In this document: positions 48,098 to 58,112 of the stretch, piece after piece
Layout: each line of letters opens with the position of its first letter
Numbering within the stretch: position 1 is the stretch's first letter
Assembly: GCA_964389705.1 (NCBI GenBank)
Contig: CAYMEO010000001.1
Span: 2,591-66,590 of the forward strand
DNA: 64,000 nucleotides
Reading direction: 5' to 3'
DNA from: an uncultured Spirochaetia bacterium
GTDB taxonomy: Bacteria > Desulfobacterota_D > UBA1144 > Nemesobacterales > CSP1-2
Made by a program: the position numbers and the translations under genes
Notes under the pieces: model-generated
What the model saw: the letters and a program-made list of their open reading frames with translations, nothing else
Databases searched by the model: none
Told to the model about the DNA's origin: nothing

Positions 48098-48859
48098 CTA
48101 AGGGATATGTGGAATGCGAACTTGAGACCAACCCGGAATATAGGTGGAATATGTAGTATCTATATGAGCCGTGACCTGATATGCCTGACTTGCAAGGGAA
48201 TCCTTTATACTTAGGCTGGTTAAACCGGTTTTATTAAATTGGGCCTGCGTTTTTACAGCATATATAATCGAAACTGTGACTATGTTTGGAACAACCGTGG
48301 TATCCACATTTGTTGTTGCTTGCTTGATCATAAATAGGGCTGGCCTCTTTGCATTAGTAATGTTAGTAAAATCAGTCTGGCACTGTGTTTTTGAGGTTGT
48401 AAAATTCAGATTCTTGGGATCAAAGTTCTGAATATCTATAGCCGCACAGGTGGTTTCAGTAGTGCCACTGGTTGTAGTGGGCGTTATAGCCTGCAGTGGA
48501 TCGCACGGGCACGCACTACAGACTGAGTTAGTTGAACCACTACAATAGCTAAGGTCGTAACATTGGGTGGTGTAGATTTGTGTAGGGTAAGTGGGTGAAC
48601 TAGAACACTTGGGATATCCCCCTTGTGCGATTGCATATGCCGTAGAATTAAGTAGATACCGGCGCTTTACCTCCGATATATCTCTATCACTTACAAATTG
48701 AATTATATTTGTTGCGGTTGTCCCGTTCTCCGCATATTGTTTTTGTCTGAGCGAAAGGGCTTCCATCTCGGCTAGACTCAAGAAACCGATGGCCATTATA
48801 AGTGTGGCAACGAGGATTTCTATAAGGGTAAATCCGTCTCGGTTTTTAATTCTCGACAT
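48098..48859 (-). CDS. pilV: PilV-like minor pilin (type IV pilus modification protein)
   Basis: 253 aa. Prepilin motif DGFTLIEILVATLIMAIGFLSLAEM. Cys-rich C-terminal region. Confidence 0.7.
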   Translation of the reverse strand: MSRIKNRDGFTLIEILVATLIMAIGFLSLAEMEALSLRQKQYAENGTTATNIIQFVSDRDISEVKRRYLLNSTAYAIAQGGYPKCSSSPTYPTQIYTTQCYDLSYCSGSTNSVCSACPCDPLQAITPTTTSGTTETTCAAIDIQNFDPKNLNFTTSKTQCQTDFTNITNAKRPALFMIKQATTNVDTTVVPNIVTVSIIYAVKTQAQFNKTGLTSLSIKDSLASQAYQVTAHIDTTYSTYIPGWSQVRIPHIP

Positions 48860-49010
48860 ATATTGCTCTGCGAGGATTTTTGATTATGAGTATCGTACTT
48901 GAACTGTAGTAAATAGCAATTTCTATACCAGAGAGATCTGAGATTTAAGCAATTGATTTTATTAGAAATTTTTAGAACTAAAGGGATTAAAGCGACAATA
49001 ACTGCATATA

Positions 49011-49030
49011 GTGTGAAGAGCTTTTCACAC
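49011..49030 (-). terminator. possible terminator hairpin downstream of metG
   Basis: GTGTGAA-gagctt-TTCACAC, 7 bp stem, about 30 nt after the metG stop on the minus strand. Only a moderately U-rich tail. Confidence 0.3.
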
Positions 49031-49061
49031 CCGCGATTATTTTAGAGGCAACCCTACCTCA

Positions 49062-50597
49062 TTATTTTATCTCGTATCTTGGAAATAATCCTTCGCCCTT
49101 TTCTACCAGCCATCCGGGTTTGGTTATTCCCCACTGCTTCGCATGAGAAAGGCGTTGAGATTCAATCGGGTCTGGAGAACCGATCTTTTTCCAGATCTCC
49201 TCAGCCGATTTAGGGATGAATGGATATAAGAGTATGGCAATTATCCTTATTGACTCGACAAGTGTCCAGAGCACTGCATTTAGCCTTTCCCTTTTTCCAG
49301 CCTTTTGAAGGCTCCAGGGGGCGGATTCATCTATATATTTATTTACAAGGGCTATGAAGTCCCATACTATGCCGAGTGCCTTGTGGAATGCGACTTCATT
49401 CATTGCTTCTTCTAATTGCCGGGCTGTATAGAGCGCCTTTTCTCTTACATTCTCATCGAGCGGCTCAGATGAAATGGGTTTTGGAACCCGGCCTTCGGAG
49501 TATTTCTCTATCATTCCGAGGCTTCGGCTTACCAGGTTTCCAAGCCCGTTTGCAAGGTCGCCGTTTATTCTTCCAATGAGTGCGCTTCTTGAGAAATCTC
49601 CGTCGAGTCCAAAAGGAACCTCCCGAAGGAGGAAGAATCTCAGGGCGTCCGCGCCAAACTCATCAACGATGGCATATGGGTCTACGACATTCCCCTTTGA
49701 TTTTGACATCTTCTCTCCCTCAATGGTCCACCAGCCGTGGGCAAACACATGAAGCGGAATAGGAAGCCCTGCGGACATGAGGAACGCGGGCCAGTAGACG
49801 GCATGAAATCTGAGAATATCCTTTCCCACGAGGTGGATATCGGCTGGCCAGGTTATGTTGAATCTCTCTATGTCATTGGGAAAACCGGCTGCGGTGATGT
49901 AGTTTGCAAGTGCATCAAACCAGACATAGATTACGTGCCTTGGATTGCCCGGCACGGGGATTCCCCATGAAAAGGACGTGCGGCTTATACTCAGGTCTCG
50001 AAGCCCGCCCCTTACAAAACTCACAACCTCGTTTCTTCTAAAGGGTGGCTGAACGAAATCTGGGTTCTCATCATAGAATTCCAAAAGGGGTTTCTCATAT
50101 TTGGATAGCCTAAAGAAGTAGCTCTCTTCTTTCAGCCTCTCGAGTGGACGGCCACAATCGGGGCATATTCTCGAGCCCCCGAGTTGGGTTTCGGTCCAGA
50201 ATGTCTCATCAAACACGCAGTACCAGTCTTCATATTCTCCGAGATATATATCGCCTTTTTCCTCAATCCTTCTGAAAAATTCGATTACGGATTTTTTGTG
50301 CCTCTCTTCAGTCGTTCTTATGAAATCATCGTTCATTATATTTAGCCTTTTCCAAAGCTCTTTGAACCTAATTACCACCCTGTCTGCAAGCTCAATTGGC
50401 CTTTCACCAGATGCCGTTGCCACCCTCTCTATCTTTTGCCCATGCTCATCTGTGCCCGTGAGGAAAAACGTTTTATCCCCCTTGAGCCTCCTAAACCTCG
50501 CAATCACATCTGCCGCAATGGTGGTATATGCATGGCCTATGTGTGGAACGTCATTTACATAGTAGATTGGTGTAGTAACGTAAAAGGTTTTTGACAT
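49062..50597 (-). CDS. metG: methionyl-tRNA synthetase
   Basis: 511 aa. TTPIYYVNDVPHIGHAYT (HIGH). KMSKSKGN. Zinc knuckle CPDCGRP. Confidence 0.95.
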   Translation of the reverse strand: MSKTFYVTTPIYYVNDVPHIGHAYTTIAADVIARFRRLKGDKTFFLTGTDEHGQKIERVATASGERPIELADRVVIRFKELWKRLNIMNDDFIRTTEERHKKSVIEFFRRIEEKGDIYLGEYEDWYCVFDETFWTETQLGGSRICPDCGRPLERLKEESYFFRLSKYEKPLLEFYDENPDFVQPPFRRNEVVSFVRGGLRDLSISRTSFSWGIPVPGNPRHVIYVWFDALANYITAAGFPNDIERFNITWPADIHLVGKDILRFHAVYWPAFLMSAGLPIPLHVFAHGWWTIEGEKMSKSKGNVVDPYAIVDEFGADALRFFLLREVPFGLDGDFSRSALIGRINGDLANGLGNLVSRSLGMIEKYSEGRVPKPISSEPLDENVREKALYTARQLEEAMNEVAFHKALGIVWDFIALVNKYIDESAPWSLQKAGKRERLNAVLWTLVESIRIIAILLYPFIPKSAEEIWKKIGSPDPIESQRLSHAKQWGITKPGWLVEKGEGLFPRYEIK

Positions 50598-50617
50598 CAG
50601 GGTCTTATCTCCGAAAT

Positions 50618-51625
50618 TTATTTTGTGGTCTCCGTAATCTTCAAAATCAGATTCTCGATCACGATCTGCTTATTTGCGTTTCCGTGGAATACGGTATACC
50701 AAGCCTCCTCAAGAAATTCGATTTTATCTAATATACTATCTAGACTATATCTATCGGCAAGTTTACGTGTTGCAGAAATCAGGTCTCTATTTGATAGTAA
50801 CTCTCCGTCGAACCCGATTTTGATCAGAGCCATATCCCTCAGCCAAAGTAGAATAATATCGAATATCAACATGAGTTTTTCTAATTCCCCAGAGGCCGAA
50901 CCCTTTAGTATTGACTCTGTAAAACCGAGAACATCAGAGGCGCGGTTAGGGTTTATACTCGATAGACTCATAATTATCTCTTTTCTCTGGGATAAGAGAT
51001 TTTTATCTAAAGAAAGTGCCCTTCCCAGACTTCCGCCTGAGAGCCTTGAAGCAATTATACATTCATCAGGTGATAAATCTGTTCTTTTCTTAATCTCTTC
51101 AAAGATTATATCTTGAGGCAGGGACTTAAATTCAATCGACTGACACCTTGATCTGATTGTCGGAAGAAGAGCCTGGGGTTGAGAGGAGATGAGAACTATA
51201 ACCGAATCGGAAGGAGGCTCTTCGAGGGTTTTAAGAAAGGCGTTCTGGGCACTCAGATTCATCCTGTGTGCGTCGTCTACTATTGCCAGTTTAAACCTTC
51301 CTTCAAATGGCCTAAAAGAGAGCCTCTCCTCTACCTCTTCGCGTATTTGATCGACCTTAATGTCCTTTATACCCTTGTATTCTACAAGAAACACATCTGG
51401 GTGAATCCCCTTTTCTATCTTTTTACATGAGTTGCAATCACAATATCTGCCATTTGGGTTCCCTTTTAGGCAGTTTAGAATCTTTCCGAACCCAATTGCA
51501 ATGAGTTTTTTCCCTATCCCATCGGGACCAAAAAATAGGTATGCATGAGAAACGCGCCATTCGCGAGAGGCGCGAAGTAGGGCCTCTTTTTGAAATTCAT
51601 GTCCGATTATGTTATCGAAAGACAC
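50618..51625 (-). CDS. holB: DNA polymerase III delta-prime subunit
   Basis: 335 aa. AAA+-like HAYLFFGPDGIGKKLIA. CxxC zinc module. Conserved tmk-holB-metG order. Confidence 0.85.
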   Translation of the reverse strand: MSFDNIIGHEFQKEALLRASREWRVSHAYLFFGPDGIGKKLIAIGFGKILNCLKGNPNGRYCDCNSCKKIEKGIHPDVFLVEYKGIKDIKVDQIREEVEERLSFRPFEGRFKLAIVDDAHRMNLSAQNAFLKTLEEPPSDSVIVLISSQPQALLPTIRSRCQSIEFKSLPQDIIFEEIKKRTDLSPDECIIASRLSGGSLGRALSLDKNLLSQRKEIIMSLSSINPNRASDVLGFTESILKGSASGELEKLMLIFDIILLWLRDMALIKIGFDGELLSNRDLISATRKLADRYSLDSILDKIEFLEEAWYTVFHGNANKQIVIENLILKITETTK

Positions 51626-51686
51626 CTTAATTATTTAGCTGCAAATCCATACGAGATACGGGCAGTGGCAAGCTGGTGTATTGTCA

Positions 51687-52307
51687 CTACCTCTTTTTAG
51701 ATAAGCGCTCAAGCACTATGGCCCTTATCTCTTCCTGTATCTCATCAACGTCCCTTGCGGCGTTTACCACCCTTACCCTTTTCGGTTCTTTTTGTGCAAT
51801 AGAAATATACCCGTGCCTTACCCGCTCATGGAATTCTACGGGTTCTTCATCCATCCTTGTCTTTCCACTCCTCTTTTCGAGCCTTGAGAGTGCGAGCTTT
51901 ACGGGGAGATTAAGCAGTATTGTAATCTCAGGCTTCAGGCTAAGGGCTGCCGTCTTTGAGACCCTTTCAACAAGGTCTAGGTCGAGCCTCCTTCCGTACC
52001 CCTGATACGCTATGGTTGAATCTGTAAACCTGTCGCATATTACGATATGACCCTCTCTGAGCATGGGCTTTATGAAGTCCCTTACGTGCTGGGTTCTATC
52101 AGCACAGAATAGGTAAAGCTCTGCCAGTGGGTCTAAATCTAGGTCTTTTTCCTCAAGGAGCATCTTGCGTATGAGTCTCCCAAGCGCACCCCATCCAGGC
52201 TCGCGCGTAAGGGCTACTTCACGCCCCTGCTTCAATAAGAACCTCTTAAGAAGCTCGGCCTGAGTGCTCTTTCCGCTTCCCTCTACGCCTTCAAATGTAA
52301 TAAACAT
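51687..52307 (-). CDS. tmk: thymidylate kinase
   Basis: 206 aa. MFITFEGVEGSGKSTQ P-loop. DRF motif DRFTDSTIAYQG. Confidence 0.95.
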   Translation of the reverse strand: MFITFEGVEGSGKSTQAELLKRFLLKQGREVALTREPGWGALGRLIRKMLLEEKDLDLDPLAELYLFCADRTQHVRDFIKPMLREGHIVICDRFTDSTIAYQGYGRRLDLDLVERVSKTAALSLKPEITILLNLPVKLALSRLEKRSGKTRMDEEPVEFHERVRHGYISIAQKEPKRVRVVNAARDVDEIQEEIRAIVLERLSKKR

Positions 52308-52310
52308 ATC

Positions 52311-53048
52311 CTATATTATCTGGTATTGTGGATATACAAAACTCCCTTTTACATAACTCGCCCACTCTATACTAATAGGCCTTATTGAATAAAGGGGATG
52401 GTTCTCAGGCATCTTAAAGGTGATGGTTGCATTTTCAGTTCTCACAGGTCTTGAGACAAAGGGAATTGGAAACTTTATGATATGAGTTGATTCTGAGCTA
52501 TTCCCCTGCAATCTCCCATATGTAAAATAGTTAAGATGCCCTCCCACCGCGGTTTGGAGCTTACTGTCTACATCGGCGGTTGCTTCAACAAACACCTGCC
52601 CTCCGACTTCGAGAACTGCTTTAAGTTTTCCTTTTCTCTTTGTGAGTGTTGTAATCCCCGGTTCGGCGGGGATTCCCACGCTCCTGGTAAACTCCCTTAC
52701 GACCTCAGAACTATTAAAATATCCAACCCAGAACCTGCCTGGCTCTCCTACATCTGAGCCCATTATATATGAGTCATGGTCCTTTATTTGAACAGTTATA
52801 TATGTGAGCGTGTAGGCACCGAATCCGGAGGTTTGAGATGGGTCTGGGACTGTATATAGGTTAATAACAACCATATTATTCGGATGGGGTTCAAGCCTAG
52901 TTGGAAGAAGTGCCCTTATAGCACCGGGGTCTGATTTAAAACCCATCATAAGCATCCATGCATCCGTTACAAGCTGAGGGGCTGGCAGAATATTAATCTT
53001 TGTCATTATCTTAATCCTCCCTAGACTGAATTTGGGCTTTATAAACAA
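52311..53048 (-). CDS. hypothetical protein, possibly acetoacetate decarboxylase (ADC)-like family
   Basis: 245 aa. The N-terminal segment SDPGAIRALLPTRLEPHP resembles the ADC-family DP.ALRA.VPEPLE region. Weak assignment. Confidence 0.35.
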   Translation of the reverse strand: MFIKPKFSLGRIKIMTKINILPAPQLVTDAWMLMMGFKSDPGAIRALLPTRLEPHPNNMVVINLYTVPDPSQTSGFGAYTLTYITVQIKDHDSYIMGSDVGEPGRFWVGYFNSSEVVREFTRSVGIPAEPGITTLTKRKGKLKAVLEVGGQVFVEATADVDSKLQTAVGGHLNYFTYGRLQGNSSESTHIIKFPIPFVSRPVRTENATITFKMPENHPLYSIRPISIEWASYVKGSFVYPQYQII

Positions 53049-53079
53049 AATCCTAACATAAGAAGCCGTGAATATAAAC

Positions 53080-53847
53080 CTAAAAAGCGAAGGGATGTTG
53101 CAACGCGTCTCTACTCAAGGCCTTCAATTCCTCTTCTGTCATATCCCTCCACACCCCCCTTTGAAGCCCTCCGAGTTTGATTGGGCCTACTGCAATCCTC
53201 TTGAGTTTCAAAACGGGATGCTCGAATTTCAGGAGAAACCTCTTGACCAGACGGTTCCTGCCCTCGTGGAATGTTATCTCAATGAGCGTGTTTTGGGCCT
53301 CGTATTTTATTATCTTTACACGGTCGGGCCTTGCAAACCCATCCTCAAGCCGGGCTCCCGCCGTCATATTCTCAAGCGTTTTTCGCTCAACTCTCCCCTT
53401 CACAAGAGCCACATAGACCTTGGGCATCTTGTATCTCGGATGGATTATGGTATTTGCAATCTCCCCGTCATTTGTAAGGATTAAAAGCCCCTCCGTATCA
53501 TAATCGAGTCGTCCTACGGGATAGACCCTCTCTGGTATGTCCTTTATCAGTTCCCGAATCGTCTTTTTGCCTTCTTGTTTTAGGGTCGTAAGGTAAAGAG
53601 GCGGTTTATTGAGGACTATGTATCTCTTTTTCTGAGGTCTTATAATTTCGCCGCCGACATCAATTGTATCCTTTTCCGTATCAACTCTATATCCAAGCTC
53701 ATTTACGACAAGACCGTTAACCCTAACCTTCCCTTCAATTATAATCTGATCTGCCTTTCTCCTTGAAGCGATGCCACAAATGGAGAGGTATCTGTTTAAC
53801 CTGACTATCATTATATATTTCCTAATCCAAGAACTCACTGTCCTCAA
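53080..53847 (-). CDS. rluB: 23S rRNA pseudouridine synthase, RluB/RsuA family
   Basis: 255 aa. S4 domain RLNRYLSICGIASRRKADQIIIEGKVRVNG. Catalytic motif VYPVGRLDYDTEGLLILTNDG. Confidence 0.9.
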   Translation of the reverse strand: MRTVSSWIRKYIMIVRLNRYLSICGIASRRKADQIIIEGKVRVNGLVVNELGYRVDTEKDTIDVGGEIIRPQKKRYIVLNKPPLYLTTLKQEGKKTIRELIKDIPERVYPVGRLDYDTEGLLILTNDGEIANTIIHPRYKMPKVYVALVKGRVERKTLENMTAGARLEDGFARPDRVKIIKYEAQNTLIEITFHEGRNRLVKRFLLKFEHPVLKLKRIAVGPIKLGGLQRGVWRDMTEEELKALSRDALQHPFAF

Positions 53848-54198
53848 ACATTGGATAATGTTTTTTGTTCAAGGTCCAGAGCTTAAAACTGTTTGCTTTT
53901 GCTGCGGCTCCAATTAGCACATCTGCTATTGTTACATTATGAGATCTTCCATACTTGTTAATGAACTCACCAGCAAGCCTCCCAACCTGTTTATCAATCT
54001 CAATTATATTGAAGGATTGGAGAAAGTTTTCTGCCTTCATCTTCTCTTTCTCTCTTACTCCGGTATAAATCTCTGCTATCTGGACGGGAGTTATAAAGAC
54101 ATGGCCTTTTGTTTCAAGACTAACTCTGTAAATCGTCTTTTTATGGTTTCATTTCCTTTTAAAATCCATATTAGAATATCTGTGTCAACTACTGTCAT
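53822..54198 (-). pseudogene. vapC-like PIN-domain toxin gene, frameshifted
   Basis: My translation: N-terminal frame from the ATG at 54198 gives MTVVDTDILIWILKGNETIKRRFTELV... and stops after 35 codons. The C-terminal frame gives ...SLETKGHVFITPVQIAEIYTGVREKEKMKAENFL...VTIADVLIGAAAKANSFKLWTLNKKHYPMF..* ending at 53822. The two parts are in different frames, so a 1-nt indel lies near 54120. A short 26-47 codon ORF (54237-54314) upstream may be an antitoxin remnant. Confidence 0.65.
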
Positions 54199-54600
54199 AA
54201 GTTTCTATCTCTTCGGAGGTCTCTTATGTATCCTTAAGTGTCAAATTCCCTATCTTTCCATATACCATGAACGTTCTGTGTTCTTTTTAGAATCTCTTCA
54301 ACTCTTTGATTCATTTTACCTTTTATGCTCTCCCGTATAAGTTCAGATATAGCCTTGCCTGTAATCTTGCTCTCTCTTTAAAAGCTTATAAGTGTTCTCT
54401 ATATATATTTAATATATTTGCGTTCTTTTCATATTATACCTCGTTATGATGTATACATACATTATATCACTTTTTCTTACCTTTTAAGCTCTAGTGGATT
54501 GCCATGACGAGCAGTAGAACAAAAATGGAATATATAACTTGCTTTAATTACAAGAAATATTGACATATCACTCTAGAATATGTAACTTTGATTCTCTGAT

Positions 54601-57006
54601 ATGAGATTTACCCTAAGTTGGCTTAAGGAATATATAGAATTTGATAATCCGCCTGAGGAGATTGCAGAAAGGCTCACTATGTCAGGGCTTGAGGTGGAAT
54701 CCATTGAGTATTTGGGAAGAGGATTGGAGGATATAGTTGTAGCCCAGATTCTCGATATAAGACCCCATCCGAATGCATCAAAGCTCGTTCTCTGTGATGT
54801 TACAGACGGCCGGAGGAGATACAACATAGTCTGCGGGGCAAAGAACATGAAATCTGGGGATAAGGTCGCCCTTGCAAGGGCGGGGACGAGACTCCCTCCC
54901 AGCGCCAAGTTTCCTGAGGGCATATTGATTCAATCTGCAAGGATTCGGGGAGAGACATCAGAGGGTATGCTCTGTGCAGAAAATGAATTGGGACTTGGCA
55001 ATGAGGGGGAGGGAATCCTAGTTCTTCCTGAGTCGGCAGGGGTTGGGTCGAGATTGATTGACGAAATAGGATTAAACGACGTTGTTATTGAGGTAGGTGT
55101 TACGCCGAACCGCCCGGACTGTTTGAGTGTTCTTGGAATAGCAAGAGAGGTTGCGGCTATTTTAGGGAAGAGGATTAATCATCCCGATTACACAGTATCC
55201 GAGGAAGGGGATGATATTAGGAGCCTTGCTTCAGTTGAGTTAATCGATTCAGAGGGATGTCCCAGATATTCGTGCCGTGTGATTACCGGTGTAACAATCG
55301 CCCCCTCGCCTAAATGGCTAAAGACCCGACTTGAGACATCGGGCATAAGGTCAATAAACAACGTAGTGGATGCCACAAATTTTGTCCTCCTTGAATTGGG
55401 ACAGCCGCTCCATGCCTTTGATTATGATTTAATTGAAGGGAGAAGAATCATCGTGAGGCCTGCAAATGAAGGAGAATCCATAGAGACACTCGATGGGATA
55501 AAGAGAAGCCTGGTCTATGAGGATTTACTCATATGTGACTCCCAAAAACCCATTGCGATTGCAGGGGTAATGGGGGCGGCAAACACCGAGGTCTCAGAAG
55601 GGACGAGAAATATTCTTCTTGAGAGTGCCTATTTTAACCCCATAAGGGTGAGGAGAACATCCAGGAGGGCAAATCTGAGGTCTGAGTCGTCTTATAGATT
55701 TGAAAGGGGGGTTGATCCTAATGGGGTTGTAAAGGCGCTCGATAGGGCCTCCGAGCTTATAAGAGGGCTTTCGGGCGGAAAGGTGGCTAAAGGGAAAATA
55801 GACATATATCCGAACCCGATTAAACCAAAGGAAATAGATGTTTCAACAAGTCGCGTAAATTCAGTTCTCGGTACTGAGATTGAATCTGATAGGATAAGGC
55901 ATATACTCGAGGGGCTTGAGATTGAGGCTCTTAACACCAAAGACGGCGAGATTTCATTTAGGGTTCCGACATTTAGGGTAGATATTACAAGGGAGATTGA
56001 TCTAATAGAGGAGATAGCAAGACACTATGGATACAATTCTATCGCCGCGACGCTTCCTGCCGTTCGTATGAAGGCAGAGGGGGTAAAAAGAGAAAAGGTG
56101 ATTGAAGACAGGTTAAGGAACATCCTCACCTCACTTGGATTCCTAGAGGTGATTAACTACAGCTTTGAAGACCCGGAGTTTCTCCGCCTATTTAGTGGGA
56201 GTGAGCCTCTTAGAATACTCAATCCGCTTAATAAGGAAGGCTCTGTTATGAGAACTAATCTCACGGCGGGAGTTCTGAGGAACGTTGTATTCAACCTAAA
56301 CCATCAGGTTCATGATATAAGGATATTTGAAATAGGTAGGGTTTTTACTCCCCGGGAAAATATCCTTCCTGAGGAGACTAGAAAGGCCGCCGGGGCTATA
56401 ACTGGCAGACGGCAGGTGGAGATATGGGATAAGGAGGAATTTGATTTCTTTGACCTCAAGGGTATTTTAGAAAGGGTGTTTGAGGCCTTCTCCATTTCCG
56501 AGGCGGTATTTGAAGAGGCCTCGCAAATCAGTTTCCTCCATCCGGGTAAATCTGCAAAGGCTCTGTTAGAGGATAAAGAGGTAGGGTTCTTTGGAGAACT
56601 CCATCCTGAATTTCAGGAGAGGTTGGGTATTTCAAAAAGGGTTTATCTATTTGAGATTAACCTAGATAGGCTCTCCGCTTTCCAGAGGGATGCGGACAAG
56701 AGGTTCCATCCGCTTCCAAAATTCCCATCTGTAAGGAGGGACATCGCTCTGGTTGTTGATGAAAACGTGCCTGCTGGGGAGATCTTAAAGGAGATAAAGG
56801 AGGTTAAGTCTCCTTTAATTGAGGAGGTAAATGTATTTGACGTATTTAAAGGTGAGTCTGTAGGTAGAGGGAAAAAAAGCATCGCCATATCTATCGTTCT
56901 TAGGGCACCGGATAAAACACTCACGGATGAAGAGGCAAATGAGGCTCAAACAAGGGTATTACATAGACTCGAATCGGCTCTTAGGGCAGAATTACGCAAA
57001 ACATAA
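54601..57006 (+). CDS. pheT: phenylalanyl-tRNA synthetase beta subunit
   Basis: 801 aa. MRFTLSWLKEYIEFD N-terminus. tRNA-binding, B3/B4, B5 and catalytic-like domains. No pheS immediately upstream. Confidence 0.95.
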   Translation: MRFTLSWLKEYIEFDNPPEEIAERLTMSGLEVESIEYLGRGLEDIVVAQILDIRPHPNASKLVLCDVTDGRRRYNIVCGAKNMKSGDKVALARAGTRLPPSAKFPEGILIQSARIRGETSEGMLCAENELGLGNEGEGILVLPESAGVGSRLIDEIGLNDVVIEVGVTPNRPDCLSVLGIAREVAAILGKRINHPDYTVSEEGDDIRSLASVELIDSEGCPRYSCRVITGVTIAPSPKWLKTRLETSGIRSINNVVDATNFVLLELGQPLHAFDYDLIEGRRIIVRPANEGESIETLDGIKRSLVYEDLLICDSQKPIAIAGVMGAANTEVSEGTRNILLESAYFNPIRVRRTSRRANLRSESSYRFERGVDPNGVVKALDRASELIRGLSGGKVAKGKIDIYPNPIKPKEIDVSTSRVNSVLGTEIESDRIRHILEGLEIEALNTKDGEISFRVPTFRVDITREIDLIEEIARHYGYNSIAATLPAVRMKAEGVKREKVIEDRLRNILTSLGFLEVINYSFEDPEFLRLFSGSEPLRILNPLNKEGSVMRTNLTAGVLRNVVFNLNHQVHDIRIFEIGRVFTPRENILPEETRKAAGAITGRRQVEIWDKEEFDFFDLKGILERVFEAFSISEAVFEEASQISFLHPGKSAKALLEDKEVGFFGELHPEFQERLGISKRVYLFEINLDRLSAFQRDADKRFHPLPKFPSVRRDIALVVDENVPAGEILKEIKEVKSPLIEEVNVFDVFKGESVGRGKKSIAISIVLRAPDKTLTDEEANEAQTRVLHRLESALRAELRKT

Positions 57007-57158
57007 GGGCATTAATATTGGCCACAAGTTTACACGAGTGGGCGTGTTACGGAATAGAATATTGGCTACAGGGGGCATAGAATTCGAGTGTGTTTAATCC
57101 AAAAGATCTTTCTTTGTGGCTAAGCAGTTACTCAGAGAACCAAAGAGAGGAAAAAGGG

Positions 57159-57449
57159 ATGACGAAAAAAGAGCTTGCCGATGTAATCCATACAAGAATC
57201 GGGCTTTCAAAAAGAGAGGCGGCTGAGATCGTTGAGTTTTTCTTCGAGACTGTGAAAGAAAAGCTCACTAGCGGAGAGGGGATTAAGATTCCCAACTTCG
57301 GGAGCTTTCGCGTCCAGAATAGAAAGTCAAGAAAGGGAAGAAACCCGGCTACCGGAGAAACTATAGAGATCGTTGAGAGAAAGGCCATTGTGTTTAAGCC
57401 CAGTAAGTTTCTCCGCAATGTCCTAAATAAAAAGTCATCTAATGAATGA
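57159..57449 (+). CDS. ihfA: integration host factor / HU-family DNA-binding protein (IHF alpha-like)
   Basis: Likely start MTKKELADV at 57159, with RBS AGAGGAAAAAGGG (the track ORF begins at 57090). GLSKREAAEIVEFFFE...GFGSFRVQNRKSRKGRNPATGE, the bhl beta-arm signature. Conserved pheT-ihfA linkage. Confidence 0.85.
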   Translation: MTKKELADVIHTRIGLSKREAAEIVEFFFETVKEKLTSGEGIKIPNFGSFRVQNRKSRKGRNPATGETIEIVERKAIVFKPSKFLRNVLNKKSSNE

Positions 57450-58111
57450 AACGCATTATCGGCTCTCTTAGGCGGAATTTCCTTGCAGGGCTTCTCGTTA
57501 CCATTCCCTTTGGACTTACAATACTTATACTCTTTAAACTCGGCAAATGGATTGTCGGACTTGTAAGCGCCGCTCCAGCTAGATTTTTGATAAGACCGCT
57601 TTCCGAGCTCCCTCCCTTTCTATTTCAATTTGTCACTTTTGCAATAGGCATTACAGGAACAGTACTGATTGTTCTTGTCGCCGGGGCGATTACAAGAAAT
57701 TATATAGGCCGAAAACTCCTAGGCCTCGGTGAGGGACTAATTTCAAGGATTCCACTGGCAAGAACCATCTATACGGCGACTAAGCAGATAATCGAGACTC
57801 TTTTCCTCAGCACCGGATTTAAGGGCATAAGCCGTGTCGTGATGTTTGAATATCCAAGAAAGGGGATATATTCAATAGGGTTTGTAACGGGGGTTCTACA
57901 GCAGGCAGAGTCCGGAAAAAGACTTTTAGGTGTATTTCTCCCTACGGCTTTTAATCCCACCGGCGGATATTATATTATGATTCCTGAAGACGAGGTTAAG
58001 GAGCTTTCAATGAGTATTGAAGAGGCGTTTAGGATAATAATTTCGGGAGGGCTTGCATCTAATCAAAGTGAAGGCACTAGAATCAGCGAGGAAGACGATA
58101 AAGCGGTTTAA
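57446..58111 (+). CDS. DUF502-family membrane protein
   Basis: 221 aa. N-terminal TM hairpin LAGLLVTIPFGLTILILFKLGKW. Family-typical PTAFNPTGGYYIM C-region. Confidence 0.7.
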   Translation: MKRIIGSLRRNFLAGLLVTIPFGLTILILFKLGKWIVGLVSAAPARFLIRPLSELPPFLFQFVTFAIGITGTVLIVLVAGAITRNYIGRKLLGLGEGLISRIPLARTIYTATKQIIETLFLSTGFKGISRVVMFEYPRKGIYSIGFVTGVLQQAESGKRLLGVFLPTAFNPTGGYYIMIPEDEVKELSMSIEEAFRIIISGGLASNQSEGTRISEEDDKAV

Positions 58112-58112
58112 T

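Noticed and set aside
53939-54340. 133 aa plus-strand ORF
   Set aside because: Antisense to the vapC PIN pseudogene. The minus-strand frames give recognisable PIN sequence, whereas this frame gives none.
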